DNA of 64,000 nt from Alphaproteobacteria bacterium (GTDB taxonomy: Bacteria; Pseudomonadota; Alphaproteobacteria; Caulobacterales; Aquidulcibacteraceae): contig JAIYAO010000200.1 in assembly GCA_027488965.1 (NCBI GenBank), forward strand, positions 1,646 to 65,645, written 5' to 3'. The notes under the pieces were generated by a model. The model searched no databases. It had not been told where the DNA came from and saw nothing but the letters and a program-made list of their open reading frames with translations. Below, piece by piece: positions 23,693 through 34,278 of this stretch (positions within the stretch are counted from its first letter, which is position 1; every line of letters starts with the position of its first letter). The translations under genes and the position numbers were made by a program.

Positions 23693-25386
23693 TGAACAGG
23701 TCTGCCCTCCTCGCCCTTTCCGCCGTCATCGCCATCGCGCCTGCGCTGGCTGTGGCGCAGCAGGATACACAGCACATCCGCGTGACCCGCGGCGGCGAAG
23801 GCAGCAACGCCTCCACGCTGGCGCTGTCGCTGAACAAAGCCGCCATCATCGACCTGCCCGCCGACGCCCGCGACGTCCTTCTCTCCAATCCGGAAATCGC
23901 CGACGCCGTGGTGCGCACGCCGCGCCGCATCTACGTGCTGGGCCGCAAGGTCGGACAGACCAACGCCTTCTTCTTCGATGCTGCGGGCCGCCAGGTGGCC
24001 AACGTCGAGATCAACGTGGAGCCCGACGTGGCGCCGCTGAACGACCTGTTCCGCCGCTACGTGCCCAACACGAATGCGACGGCGGAGGCGGTGAACGGTT
24101 CGCTGGTGCTCTCGGGCTCGGTGAAGAGCGCCGCCGAAGCCGAGCGCGTGCTGCAGATCGCCAACCGTTTCTCCCAGAGCCAGTCCTCCACCACCGGCGG
24201 ATCGGCCGCAGCGGGCGGCGCCAGCGCCAACCAGAACATCGTCAACCTGATCGCTGTGGAGGGCCAGGAACAGGTCCTCGTGAAGGTGCGCATCGTAGAG
24301 ATGAGCCGCACGCTGGTGCGCCAGCTCGGCGTGAACCTGAACGCGGAGAACATCCTCAACCAGCTGCTGCCGGAAGACACGTTCGTCCGCGTCGCCACGC
24401 AGAACGGCTATTCCATCGCGGGTCGCGCGCTGGGCGGCGTGAGCGCTTCAGGCGGCATCGCCGAAACGATCCTGCAGCCGCAGACGCTGGGCTTCGGCGC
24501 ACTTGGCGGCCTCTCGGGCGCCAACGACCAGCGCTACAGCACCGCAGGCAGCCTCGATCCCCGTCTCGCGGGCACCGGCGGCTACGGTTACACGCCGGCG
24601 ATCAACGGCGAACCGGAATCCTACACCTTCGGACCCGCCAAGGCCGTCTCCGAATCCCAGGTGGACGCCGCCGTCGACGCCTTCGAGCGCGTGGGCTTGC
24701 TGCGCGTGCTGGCTGAACCCAATCTCACGGCGATCTCCGGCGAGGCTGCGAAATTCCTAGCGGGCGGCGAGTTTCCCGTGCCGGTGCAGGCCGACGATGG
24801 CAAGATCAGCGTCGAGTTCAAGCCGTTCGGTGTCGGCCTTGCGTTCACGCCGGTGGTGATCTCGCCGGGACGGATCTCGCTGAAGCTCTCCACCGAAGTG
24901 AGCGAACTGACGTCGGAAGGCGCGTTCGCCACCGGCGACACCTCCTTCGTCGACGTCAACGGCCAGCGCCAGGTCATCCGCGGCATCACCATTCCCGCGC
25001 TGCAGGTGCGGCGTGCGGAAACCACCGTGGAAATGCCCACCGGCGGCGCGCTGGTGATGGCCGGCCTCATCCAGGAGCGCACGCGCCAGGCGATGGAAGG
25101 CATTCCGGGCGCGAAGGACCTGCCGGTGTTCGGCGCCCTCTTCCGCTCGAGGGATTTCGTCAACAACGAGACCGAACTCGTCATCATCGTCACGCCGTAC
25201 CTCGTGCAGCCGACGAGCCCCGACAAACTGCGCACGCCCGCCGACGGATTCCGCGTCGCGAGCGAGCGGGAAACCATCCTCAGCGGACGCCTGAACGCGA
25301 TGTACCGGGCGCCTGCGGGCGAACAGAAGAACCGCGGCATCGCCGGGCCGCACGGTCATGTCATCGAAGGAAGCCAGACGCCATGA
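23692..25386 (+). CDS. cpaC: type II/III secretion-family secretin CpaC/RcpA
   Basis: Signal peptide, N-terminal BON-like domain, and secretin C-domain (GGEFPVP...GVGL.FTP..., IPGAKDLPVFGALFRS, ELVIIVTPYLV). Confidence 0.93.
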   Translation: MNRSALLALSAVIAIAPALAVAQQDTQHIRVTRGGEGSNASTLALSLNKAAIIDLPADARDVLLSNPEIADAVVRTPRRIYVLGRKVGQTNAFFFDAAGRQVANVEINVEPDVAPLNDLFRRYVPNTNATAEAVNGSLVLSGSVKSAAEAERVLQIANRFSQSQSSTTGGSAAAGGASANQNIVNLIAVEGQEQVLVKVRIVEMSRTLVRQLGVNLNAENILNQLLPEDTFVRVATQNGYSIAGRALGGVSASGGIAETILQPQTLGFGALGGLSGANDQRYSTAGSLDPRLAGTGGYGYTPAINGEPESYTFGPAKAVSESQVDAAVDAFERVGLLRVLAEPNLTAISGEAAKFLAGGEFPVPVQADDGKISVEFKPFGVGLAFTPVVISPGRISLKLSTEVSELTSEGAFATGDTSFVDVNGQRQVIRGITIPALQVRRAETTVEMPTGGALVMAGLIQERTRQAMEGIPGAKDLPVFGALFRSRDFVNNETELVIIVTPYLVQPTSPDKLRTPADGFRVASERETILSGRLNAMYRAPAGEQKNRGIAGPHGHVIEGSQTP

Positions 25387-26075
25387 AGCTGCGCCTCGCC
25401 AGCACCGTCGCCGCCAGCGCACTCGCGCTGATCGCGGGCGGCTGCGCCACCAAAGCCACCGAAGGCGACAACCTTCCCACTGTGGCCGACACCCACAAGA
25501 TCGCGGTGACGCGCGCCGACGAGCGGCTCGAAGTCGCCATCGGCGCGGGCGACGTGGCGCTCTCGGCGGAGGAACAGGCCAGCATCCAGGACTTCGCGCG
25601 CACCTACGTGCGCCAGGGCCACGGCGCGCTGGTGATGAGCGCCCCCGCCGGCGGGGCCAATGCGGACTCCGCACGGATCATGAGCGCGGACGTCCGGATG
25701 CGGCTGGCCGGACACGGCGTGCCCTTCGCGGCCATCGCCGCATCCACCTACGAAGCCGCCGACAAGGATGCAGCGCCCCCGCTCATCCTCTCCTTCACCC
25801 GCTATGACGCGACCGCGCCCGAGTGCGCGCCGCTGTGGCAACAGGATCTGGCGCACGCGCACGACAACAAGCCGTGGGCGAGCTTCGGTTGCGCCCAACA
25901 GGCCAACCTTGCAGCGATGATCTCCGATCCCCGCGACCTCCTGGGCCCCCGCCCCGAAGACCCGCGCGATGCGGCCCGCCGCGCGCGCGTTCTCGAAGCC
26001 TACCGGCAAGGCCAGCAGACCCACGCCGAGCGCACCAACGACGAGCGCGTGCAGGTCAGCGATGCGATCAAGTAG
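25383..26075 (+). CDS. cpaD: pilus assembly lipoprotein CpaD
   Basis: ATGA overlap with cpaC. Lipobox LIAGGC. C-terminal CpaD-like FGCAQQANLAAMISDPRDL. Confidence 0.85.
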   Translation: MKLRLASTVAASALALIAGGCATKATEGDNLPTVADTHKIAVTRADERLEVAIGAGDVALSAEEQASIQDFARTYVRQGHGALVMSAPAGGANADSARIMSADVRMRLAGHGVPFAAIAASTYEAADKDAAPPLILSFTRYDATAPECAPLWQQDLAHAHDNKPWASFGCAQQANLAAMISDPRDLLGPRPEDPRDAARRARVLEAYRQGQQTHAERTNDERVQVSDAIK

Positions 26076-26082
26076 GGACCCG

Positions 26083-27501
26083 ATGAACACGCAGGAAGAC
26101 GACGCCTGGGGCGCACCCGACTACGCCGAGGACGACGTGGGCTTTCCCGCCAACGACGACTTCGCCTTTGGGTCGGGGGAGCTTGAAGGCATTCTCGACG
26201 CCGATGCCGCCTTCCCGGCCGACCTCGACACGCCCTTCCCCGCGCCCGATGACGTCAGCGCCGCACAGAGCATGACGTTCGTCCCCACGCTCGACGCCGT
26301 GGCGGACCAGCCCATCCCGCGCATACGCATCCGCATGTGCTACGACCGCGCGGAAATGGCGAGCCTTGTGGAGCAGGCCGCGCAGGACCGCCGCCTCGGC
26401 AAGGCGGAACTGGAGATGGAGCCCGGCGGGATCGACGCGGCCGTCGCCTTCTGCGCCTCCAACACCAGTCCCAACCTGCTCATCCTCGACACCACCGCCA
26501 CACCCACCGAACTCCTGAGCAAGCTCGATCGCCTTGCCGAGCACGTGGAGGAAGGCACCAAGGTCGTCATCCTCGGCGCCACAAACGACATCGGCCTTTT
26601 CCGCGAGCTGATGCGCCGCGGCGTGAGTGAATACCTCGTGCCGCCGCTGCAGCCGCTGCAGATCATCCGCGCCATTTCCGCACTCTATGTGAATCCGGAG
26701 AAGCCCTTCGCGGGCCGCGTGGTGGCCGTCGTCGGCGCCAAGGGCGGCGTGGGCGCCTCCACCATCGCGCACAACCTGGCGTGGATGGTGGCCGAACGCT
26801 TCCAGTGCAACACGACCATGGTCGATCTCGATCTGTCGTTCGGCACCGGCGCGCTCGACTTCAACCAGGATCCGGCGCAGACGGTCGCCGAAGCGCTGCT
26901 CGCGCCCGACCGCGTGGACGAAGTCTTCCTCGACCGCCTGCTGATGAAGCAGACCGAGCGCCTGATGCTGTTCTGCTCGCCCGCTTCGCTGGAGCGCGAG
27001 TACGACGTCGACCCCGAAGCGTTCGAGACGGTGATCGACCGCGTGCGCCGGAGCGCGCCGTTTGTGGTGCTCGACCTGCCGCACGTCTGGACCGCCTGGA
27101 TGCGCCAGACGCTGCTCGCCGCCGACGACGTGGTGATCGTGGCGACGCCGGAACTGGCCAGCCTGCGCAACGCCAAGAACATGATCGACCGCGTCAAGAG
27201 CGCCCGCCCGCTCGATGCGCCGCCCATGCTTGTGCTGAACATGACGGGCATCGCCAAGCGACCGGAGATTCCCACCAAGGACTTCGGCGAGGCCATCGGC
27301 CTTGACCCGACCGTGGTCGTACCGTTCGAACCCCATCTGTTCGGAATGGCGGCCAACAACGGGCAGATGCTGGGCGAAGTGAGCCCGCAAGCCAAAACGT
27401 CGCTGGCCCTCGAAGCGCTGGCGGCGACGCTGTGCGGCCGCCAGCCCGCGCCCAAGAAGAAGGCGTCCATCATGGACCGCCTGCCCATGTTGAAGCGTTG
27501 A
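26083..27501 (+). CDS. cpaE: pilus assembly ATPase-like protein CpaE/TadZ
   Basis: Acidic N-terminus, receiver-like domain, and deviant Walker A in VVGAKGGVGASTIAHNLA (ParA/MinD-type). Confidence 0.9.
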   Translation: MNTQEDDAWGAPDYAEDDVGFPANDDFAFGSGELEGILDADAAFPADLDTPFPAPDDVSAAQSMTFVPTLDAVADQPIPRIRIRMCYDRAEMASLVEQAAQDRRLGKAELEMEPGGIDAAVAFCASNTSPNLLILDTTATPTELLSKLDRLAEHVEEGTKVVILGATNDIGLFRELMRRGVSEYLVPPLQPLQIIRAISALYVNPEKPFAGRVVAVVGAKGGVGASTIAHNLAWMVAERFQCNTTMVDLDLSFGTGALDFNQDPAQTVAEALLAPDRVDEVFLDRLLMKQTERLMLFCSPASLEREYDVDPEAFETVIDRVRRSAPFVVLDLPHVWTAWMRQTLLAADDVVIVATPELASLRNAKNMIDRVKSARPLDAPPMLVLNMTGIAKRPEIPTKDFGEAIGLDPTVVVPFEPHLFGMAANNGQMLGEVSPQAKTSLALEALAATLCGRQPAPKKKASIMDRLPMLKR

Positions 27502-27508
27502 GGAACTG

Positions 27509-28993
27509 ATGTTCGGAAAACGCGCGCCCGGCGAAGGCCTTCCGCAACAGCCGCAAGCGCCGCGCCCGCCGGCACCCGCATCTGCGCCTGCAGCTGCCCC
27601 GGCGGCGGTTGCAGCGCCGGCCCCGCGCGCCCAGACGCCCGTGGCGCCGATGATGGCCAAGCAGAAGCCGCTGCCCACGCCCTCCAAGGAAGTGGCGCCA
27701 CCCGGCGAGTTCCGCTCCGAAGAGTATTACCGGATCAAGTCGACGATCTTCAACGCGCTGATCGAAACCATCGATCTCGCGCAACTCGCGCAGCTCGATT
27801 CCGCCAGCGCGCGCGATGAAATCCGCGACATCGTCTCCGAGATCATCTCGATCAAGAACGTCGTGATGTCGATCGCGGAGCAGGAAGTCCTGCTCGACGA
27901 CATCTGCAACGACGTGCTGGGCTACGGCCCGCTGGAGCCGCTGCTGGCCCGCGACGACATCGCCGACATCATGGTCAACGGCGGCAACGCCGTGTTCATC
28001 GAAGTGAACGGCAAGGTGCAGAAGACCGCCATCCGCTTTCGCGACAACGCACAGCTGATGAACATCTGCCAGCGCATCGTGAGCCAAGTCGGTCGGCGCG
28101 TCGATGAATCTTCGCCCATATGCGACGCGCGCCTGCCGGACGGGTCCCGCGTCAACGTCATCGCGCCGCCGCTGGCCATCGACGGCCCGACCCTCACGAT
28201 CCGGAAGTTCAAGAAGGACAAGCTGCGGCTCCAGAACCTCGTGGAGTTCGGCTCCATCTCCCCGGCTGGCGCGAAGATCCTGTCCATCATCGGCGCATGC
28301 CGCTGCAACACGCTGATCTCCGGCGGCACGGGCTCCGGCAAGACAACGCTGCTCAACACGCTGACCGCCTTCATCGACCCCGCCGAGCGCGTGGTGACAT
28401 GCGAGGATGCGGCGGAACTTCAACTGCAGCAGCCGCACGTGGTGCGCCTGGAAACGCGGCCGCCGAACCTGGAAGGCTCCGGCCAGGTGACGATGACCGA
28501 TCTCGTCAAGAACTGCCTGCGGATGCGCCCGGACCGGATCATCGTCGGCGAAGTCCGCGGCCAGGAGGCGTTCGACCTCCTGCAGGCGATGAACACGGGC
28601 CACGACGGCTCCATGGGCACGCTGCACGCCAACTCGCCGCGCGAGGCGCTCTCGCGCCTTGAGTCCATGATCACCATGGGCGGCTTCAACCTTCCGTCCA
28701 AGACCATCCGCGAGATCATCGTGGGCTCGCTCGACGTGGTGATCCAGGCCGCACGCCTGCGCGACGGATCGCGCCGCATCACCGCGATCACAGAAGTGAT
28801 GGGTCTCGAAGGCGACACCCTGATCACGCAGGATCTCGTGGTGTTCGAAATTCTCGGCGAGGACGCCAACGGCCGCATCACCGGCCGCCACCGCTCCACC
28901 GGCATCGGCCGTCCCCGCTTCTGGGAACGCGCGCGGTACTACGGCCTCGAGAAGGAACTGGCGCAGGCCCTCGATGAGGCGGAGGCGGCGTGA
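27509..28993 (+). CDS. cpaF: pilus assembly secretion ATPase CpaF/TadA
   Basis: Walker [10 protein letters not shown], Asp box, Walker B and His box ([13 protein letters not shown]). Confidence 0.95.
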   Translation: MFGKRAPGEGLPQQPQAPRPPAPASAPAAAPAAVAAPAPRAQTPVAPMMAKQKPLPTPSKEVAPPGEFRSEEYYRIKSTIFNALIETIDLAQLAQLDSASARDEIRDIVSEIISIKNVVMSIAEQEVLLDDICNDVLGYGPLEPLLARDDIADIMVNGGNAVFIEVNGKVQKTAIRFRDNAQLMNICQRIVSQVGRRVDESSPICDARLPDGSRVNVIAPPLAIDGPTLTIRKFKKDKLRLQNLVEFGSISPAGAKILSIIGACRCNTLISGGTGSGKTTLLNTLTAFIDPAERVVTCEDAAELQLQQPHVVRLETRPPNLEGSGQVTMTDLVKNCLRMRPDRIIVGEVRGQEAFDLLQAMNTGHDGSMGTLHANSPREALSRLESMITMGGFNLPSKTIREIIVGSLDVVIQAARLRDGSRRITAITEVMGLEGDTLITQDLVVFEILGEDANGRITGRHRSTGIGRPRFWERARYYGLEKELAQALDEAEAA

Positions 28994-29973
28994 TGGAAAT
29001 CCTGATCGCGATCTTCGCCTTCATGGCGGTGGCGGGCGTCGGCGTCGCGCTGACGATGTCGCCGTCGGCGGAGAAATCCGCCAAACGCGCCAAAGAGCTT
29101 GTGGCGCCGAAAGCGGTGCGCAACACGAAGAAGGACGCCGCTGCAGCGGCCGCCGCCAAGCGGCGCAGCACCGTGCAGGACAACCTGCGCGACATGGCCA
29201 ACCAGCAGAAGACCTCCCGCAAGAACCTTCTCTCGGTGAAGGCGCGCATCGCGCAGGCCGGGCTTTCGACGTCCGAGCAGACGTTCTGGATGATCTCCGC
29301 CGTCAGCGGCGCCGTGTTCGGCCTCGTCGCCTACATCGCCTCTGGCCTCAACCCCCTGTGGGGCGGCGCCATGCTGGTGATCGGCGGCCTGGGCCTGCCC
29401 CGCTGGGTGCTGGGCATGCTGATCTCGCGCCGGCAGAAGAACTTCGTGAACCAGCTGGCGGACGCCATCGACATCATCGTGCGCGGGGTGAAATCCGGCC
29501 TGCCGCTGAACCAGTGCCTGCGCATCATCGCCTCGGAATCGCCGGAGCCCGTGCGCGAGGAGTTCCGCCTCATCTGCGACGGCCAGGCCATGGGCGTGGC
29601 GCTCGACCAGAACCTGCAGCGCATGTACGAGCGCATGCCGCTGCCGGAGGTGAACTTCTTCAACATCGTTCTCGTGATCCAGCAGCGTACCGGCGGCAAC
29701 CTCTCCGAAGCGCTGGGCAACCTGTCCAGCGTGCTGCGCGCCCGCAAGATGCTGAAGGAGAAGGTGAAGGCCCTCTCGTCGGAGGCGAAGGCTTCCGCGG
29801 CGATCATCGGCTCGCTGCCGTTCATCGTCATGGCCCTCGTCTACATGGTGCGCCCGGCCTACATGACGATCCTGTTCGTCACCACGCAGGGCCAGCTCAT
29901 CCTCCTTGCCGCCGCGGTGATGATGTCCACGGGCATCTTCATCATGCGCAGCATGGTCAACTTCAAGTTCTGA
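28990..29973 (+). CDS. tadB: type II secretion F-family inner-membrane protein TadB/CpaG
   Basis: Start (GTG 28990 or ATG 28993) overlaps the cpaF stop. T2SS-F-like domain. Confidence 0.9.
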   Translation: MMEILIAIFAFMAVAGVGVALTMSPSAEKSAKRAKELVAPKAVRNTKKDAAAAAAAKRRSTVQDNLRDMANQQKTSRKNLLSVKARIAQAGLSTSEQTFWMISAVSGAVFGLVAYIASGLNPLWGGAMLVIGGLGLPRWVLGMLISRRQKNFVNQLADAIDIIVRGVKSGLPLNQCLRIIASESPEPVREEFRLICDGQAMGVALDQNLQRMYERMPLPEVNFFNIVLVIQQRTGGNLSEALGNLSSVLRARKMLKEKVKALSSEAKASAAIIGSLPFIVMALVYMVRPAYMTILFVTTQGQLILLAAAVMMSTGIFIMRSMVNFKF

Positions 29974-29986
29974 CGGGGCGCGCGCC

Positions 29987-30958
29987 ATGAGCTGGGTTGA
30001 AACGCTGGTCGAGCCCGCCAACATCGCCGGCGCGCTTGCCGCCATCGCAGGCTTCGCCACGGTGGTGACGGTCGCTGCACCGATGATGCAGACCAACCAG
30101 CTGGGCTCCCGTCTCAAGGCCGTGGCGCAGCGGCGCGAGGAATTGCGACGCAAGAGCCGCCAGGCGCTGGAGAAAAAGGCGACGCTGCGCAGCGCCAACA
30201 CCGGCCTGGTGAACGACATCGTCACGCGCTTCGACCTCCAGAAGGCGCTGAAGGACGACACGCTGAACCAGAAGCTGATGCAGGCCGGCCTGCGCGGGCA
30301 GCGGCCGGTGTCGATGTTCTACTTCTTCCGCGCCGCCCTGCCCATCGGATTTGCGGTAGCGGCGTTCCTGTACCTCTCCTTGATGGGCGACAAGTTCGGC
30401 TTCAATTGGCAGGCCAAGCTGGGCATCGTCGTCTTCGCTGCGGCCGCAGGCTACTACGCGCCGAACATCTACCTGTCGAACGTGGCGTCCAAGCGGCGCG
30501 ACGCGATCATGCAGGCGTTCCCAGACACCCTGGACATGCTGCTGATCTGCGTGGAGTCCGGCATGTCCATCGAGCTGGCGTTGCAGCGCGTGGGCCAGGA
30601 GATCGCTGCGACGTCCATCGAGCTGGCGGAAGAGTTGGCGCTCACCTGCGCGGAGCTGTCCTACTTGCCGGAGCGGCGCATGGCCTACGAAAACCTCGCG
30701 CGGCGCACCAACCACCCCGGCGTGAAATCCGTGGCCATGGCGCTGACGCAGGCCGAACGCTACGGCACGCCGGTGGGCTCCGCGCTGCGCGTGATGGCCA
30801 AGGAAAACCGCGACATGCGCCTCTCTGCGGCCGAGAAGAAGGGCGCCGCCCTGCCCGCCAAGCTCACGGTGCCGATGATCGTGTTTTTCCTGCCCGTGCT
30901 GCTGATGGTGATCATGGGCCCGGCGATGATCCAGATCATGGGCATGCTGAACAAGTAG
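29987..30958 (+). CDS. tadC: type II secretion F-family inner-membrane protein TadC/CpaH
   Basis: Paralogous T2SS-F domain (FPDTLDMLLICVESGMS, AEKKGAALPAKLTVPM). Confidence 0.9.
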   Translation: MSWVETLVEPANIAGALAAIAGFATVVTVAAPMMQTNQLGSRLKAVAQRREELRRKSRQALEKKATLRSANTGLVNDIVTRFDLQKALKDDTLNQKLMQAGLRGQRPVSMFYFFRAALPIGFAVAAFLYLSLMGDKFGFNWQAKLGIVVFAAAAGYYAPNIYLSNVASKRRDAIMQAFPDTLDMLLICVESGMSIELALQRVGQEIAATSIELAEELALTCAELSYLPERRMAYENLARRTNHPGVKSVAMALTQAERYGTPVGSALRVMAKENRDMRLSAAEKKGAALPAKLTVPMIVFFLPVLLMVIMGPAMIQIMGMLNK

Positions 30959-31004
30959 ACGTTCTCCGCAATCCGGCGCCATGATCAGCCGTCGGGAGGC
31001 AGAC

Positions 31005-31580
31005 ATGGCAGACATCGAAAAGGCTGTGGCGACCCAGCTCGCCAACATCGAGAGAAAGACCGGCAAGTCCCTTGCGCAACTCCGCGGCGCGATCGCGGAA
31101 TCGGGCCGAACGCGCCACGGCGAGATCCGGTCGTGGCTCATGGAAGTCCACGGGCTGGGCCATGGCGACGCCAACACCCTCACCCACCTTGCCCTGGAAT
31201 CCGGCGGCGCCGCCGCGGCCAGGGCGGCGGGCGCATCGGCCACCGACGTCGTCGATGACATCTATGCGGGCAAGAAGGCGGCGCTGCGCCCGATCCATGA
31301 GGCGTTGATGGCGCGCATCTCGGCCTTCGGCGACTTCGATGTCGCCCCCAAGAAAGGCTACGTCTCGCTACGACGCAAAAAGCAGTTCGCCATGCTGGGG
31401 CCGAAGACGAACGAGCGATTCGAGCTTGGGCTCAACCTGAAGGACGAGGTGACTGACGCCCGCGTGCGCCCCGTCCCGCCGGGCGGCATGTGCCAGTATG
31501 TCGTCGCGCTCACTGCCCCGGGCGAGGTGGACGACGCGCTCGTCGCCATCGTGCGGCGCGCCTATGAGGCGGCGGGCTAG
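31005..31580 (+). CDS. DUF4287/DUF5655 domain-containing protein
   Basis: MADIEKAVATQLANIERKTGKSL...HGLGHGDANTL (DUF4287-like), then ...PKKGYVSLRRKKQFAML (DUF5655-like). Both recognised from memory. Confidence 0.7.
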   Translation: MADIEKAVATQLANIERKTGKSLAQLRGAIAESGRTRHGEIRSWLMEVHGLGHGDANTLTHLALESGGAAAARAAGASATDVVDDIYAGKKAALRPIHEALMARISAFGDFDVAPKKGYVSLRRKKQFAMLGPKTNERFELGLNLKDEVTDARVRPVPPGGMCQYVVALTAPGEVDDALVAIVRRAYEAAG

Positions 31581-31586
31581 CGCGCG

Positions 31587-32369
31587 TCAGCTCTTGCCGC
31601 CGCGCAGCTCTCCCCACCGCCGCGGATCGCTCTGCAGGGCGCGCAGGTAGGTCATGTTCGCCGTGACCATTTCCGGCGGCAGGTCCACGCGCTGGATGCG
31701 CTCGGCCTCCTCGAACTTGCCCTGCAGCGCGAGCGCGATGGCGAGGTTGACCCGCGTTTCGGCGGAGGCGCCGCTCAGCGCCGCCGCACGCGACAGCGCT
31801 TCCTCGGCCTGCACCGCATCGCCCGTCATCAGGTATGATACGCCGAGATTGGTCAGCACGCCCGCATCGTCGGCCTTCAGCGCCAGCGCTTCGCGGTAGG
31901 CCGCGCGCGCTTCGGCGGGCCGGTTGAGCTGGTCGAGCGCTGCCCCCATGGCGGAGCGGATGCGCCAGTCTTGCGGATCGGCCTGGGCGGCGAGCGCGAG
32001 CGGGCGCAGCGCGTCCTGCGCCTTCCCCGCCACCAGCAGCGCCAGACCATAGGAGCGCAGCAGCACGCGGTCGTTCGGGTGCTTCTCCAGGGCCTCCAGC
32101 GCGACAGCGGCGGCGCGGTCGGACCGGCCGCCGAGGCGCAGGGCGTCGACGAACTTCTGCGCGGCTTCAAGGTCGGTGGGATGGATCTGGTATTCACGGG
32201 CCCAGAACGTCATCTGGGACAGCATGTCCTGGCGGCCGGCCTGGTCGCGCGCGGCGCGGTCGATCGGCGGCTCCCCCGGTTGCAGGGCCGGCGCCTTGGC
32301 CGCTTCGACGCCCGACGTGGCGCAGGCGGCGACCATGAGAGCGGGAACGAATGCAGCGAGCATGCGCAT
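31587..32369 (-). CDS. TPR-repeat lipoprotein, TadD/CpaI-like
   Basis: Only the 3' third of the 747-aa ORF is used. The start MRMLAAFVPALMVAACA carries a lipobox. Several TPR units follow (AEARAAYREALALKADDAGVLTNLGVSY). Confidence 0.8.
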   Translation of the reverse strand: MRMLAAFVPALMVAACATSGVEAAKAPALQPGEPPIDRAARDQAGRQDMLSQMTFWAREYQIHPTDLEAAQKFVDALRLGGRSDRAAAVALEALEKHPNDRVLLRSYGLALLVAGKAQDALRPLALAAQADPQDWRIRSAMGAALDQLNRPAEARAAYREALALKADDAGVLTNLGVSYLMTGDAVQAEEALSRAAALSGASAETRVNLAIALALQGKFEEAERIQRVDLPPEMVTANMTYLRALQSDPRRWGELRGGKS

Positions 32370-32432
32370 GGAAAACGTCCTTAACGAGGTGTTGAGACTG
32401 TCCTTTGCTTTGCTCAAGAAAGGCTTAAAGGC

Positions 32433-33821
32433 ATGGCGATGACCGAGCTTACGATTCTCGACGCAGCCCCCGTCACCACCACGCCGATCCACGCGCTGCG
32501 CGCCGCCGAATGGGAGACGTGGGCGGCGTCGCGGCCGGAGTCCCTGCGCAGGCTGGCCGCCGCCTACGACTTTCGCGCGCAGGCCGGCCGCATCCTGCTG
32601 CTGCCGTCGACGGACGGCGCCATCGAGCGCGTGCTGTTCGGCCTTGGCGACAAGCCCACCGCCATGCAGTTCGGCGCCCTCGGCCAGCATCTGCCCGGCG
32701 GCGACTACGTGGTGGCGTGGGCCCCGCGCGAGATCGACGCGACCGCCATCTGCACCGCATGGGCGATGGGCGCCTACGCGTTCACCCGCTACAAGCCGGC
32801 GCGCCGCGCAGCACCGCGCCTTGTGGCCCCCGATGGGGCCGACGCCGCCGAAGCGCGCCGGATCGCAAGCGCCGTGGCGTTCGCCCGAGACCTCATCAAC
32901 ACCCCGGCCAACGACATGGGGCCCGCAGCCCTGCACGCCGCCGCGGAGGCCGTGGCGCACGACTGCGGCGCACGGTTCGAGGCGATCGTGGGCGACGACC
33001 TGCTGGCGCAGAACTTTCCCATGATCCACGCGGTGGGCCGCGCCGCGAAGGAGGCCCCGCGCTTCCTGCGGCTCTCCTGGGGCGACGAGAAGGCGCCGCG
33101 CGTGACTCTCGTCGGCAAGGGCGTGACGTTCGATTCCGGCGGCCTCGACATCAAGCCCGACGCCGGCATGCGGCTGATGAAGAAGGACATGGGGGGCGCA
33201 GCCGTGGCGCTCGCCCTCGGCCGCCTCGCCATGCAGGCTTCGCTGCCGGTGCGGCTGGAAGTAATCTTGCCGGTGGTGGAGAACGCTATCAGCGGGGACG
33301 CCTTCCGCCCGGGCGACGTGGTCCCCACCCGCAAGGGGCTGTCGGTGGAGGTGGACAACACCGACGCCGAGGGCCGCCTGATCCTGGCCGACGCGCTGGC
33401 CCGCGCCTGCGAGGACAAGCCCGAGCTGATGCTGGATTTCGCCACCCTCACGGGCGCGGCCCGGGTGGCGTTGGGAGCGGACGTCACCCCCTTTTACACC
33501 GACGACGAGGCGCTGGCGGCCGACTGCACGAAGGCCAGCGCCGACACCCACGACGCCCTCTGGCGGATGCCCCTGTGGGACGCCTACGACCCTGACATGG
33601 ACAGCCCCATCGCCGACTTGAAGAACACGGGCGACGGCGGCATGGCGGGCTCCATCTACGGCGGCCTGTTCCTGCGCCGGTTCGTGACAGTCCCCCACTG
33701 GGCGCACTTCGACATCTACGCGTGGGCCCCGAAGGACCGTCCCGCCCGCCCGGCCGGCGCAGACACCCAGGCGCTGCGGGCCTGCTGGGCGATGCTGCGG
33801 CGGCGGTACATCCACAGCTAA
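32433..33821 (+). CDS. M17 leucyl aminopeptidase family protein
   Basis: VGKGVTFDSGGLDIKP, MKKDMGGAA and NTDAEGRLILADAL metal/active-site motifs. Confidence 0.92.
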   Translation: MAMTELTILDAAPVTTTPIHALRAAEWETWAASRPESLRRLAAAYDFRAQAGRILLLPSTDGAIERVLFGLGDKPTAMQFGALGQHLPGGDYVVAWAPREIDATAICTAWAMGAYAFTRYKPARRAAPRLVAPDGADAAEARRIASAVAFARDLINTPANDMGPAALHAAAEAVAHDCGARFEAIVGDDLLAQNFPMIHAVGRAAKEAPRFLRLSWGDEKAPRVTLVGKGVTFDSGGLDIKPDAGMRLMKKDMGGAAVALALGRLAMQASLPVRLEVILPVVENAISGDAFRPGDVVPTRKGLSVEVDNTDAEGRLILADALARACEDKPELMLDFATLTGAARVALGADVTPFYTDDEALAADCTKASADTHDALWRMPLWDAYDPDMDSPIADLKNTGDGGMAGSIYGGLFLRRFVTVPHWAHFDIYAWAPKDRPARPAGADTQALRACWAMLRRRYIHS

Positions 33822-33907
33822 GCACGCCACAATATGTGGGGGGGCCTATTGTAGCCGCACCCCAAATCAGCCGATTCTCATCTCACCTTCGAAATGGGAT
33901 GACCTGA

Positions 33908-34276
33908 ATGGCCCTCGAGCTCGATCACAAGCAGGCCCTCGATCTGTGGCGCGACGTGACCGTCCGGACGGTGCGGGCCGACGAACCCGATCTGACCGCC
34001 CGCCAGCTTGCGGTGCTGATGACGGTGTACCTCGGGCCGCCGCCGCACACGGTGCGGGGCCTGGCCGCCGCGCTGGGCGTGGGCAAGCCGGCGATCACCC
34101 GGGCCCTCGACACCCTGACCCGTCACGGCCTCGTGCGGCGGCGGCGCGACGAGGCGGACGGGCGCAACGTGCTGGTCCAGCGGACCGTGCGGGGCGCGGC
34201 CTTCCTGGCGGATTTCGCAGAGCTGATCACCGACAACGCGCGGCGGCTGGAGCCGGCGCGCAACGCGGCTGCGTAA
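33908..34276 (+). CDS. MarR family transcriptional regulator
   Basis: Winged-HTH pattern LTARQLAVLMTVY...VRGLAAALGVGKPAITRALDTLTRHGLVRR..DEADGRNVLV. Confidence 0.85.
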   Translation: MALELDHKQALDLWRDVTVRTVRADEPDLTARQLAVLMTVYLGPPPHTVRGLAAALGVGKPAITRALDTLTRHGLVRRRRDEADGRNVLVQRTVRGAAFLADFAELITDNARRLEPARNAAA

Positions 34277-34278
34277 GC

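Noticed and set aside
32370-33830. N-terminal 487 aa of the 747-aa minus-strand ORF 31587-33830
   Set aside because: It is antisense to the well-supported M17 aminopeptidase. Only the 3' part, from the MRMLAAF lipoprotein start at 32369, looks like a real TPR gene.
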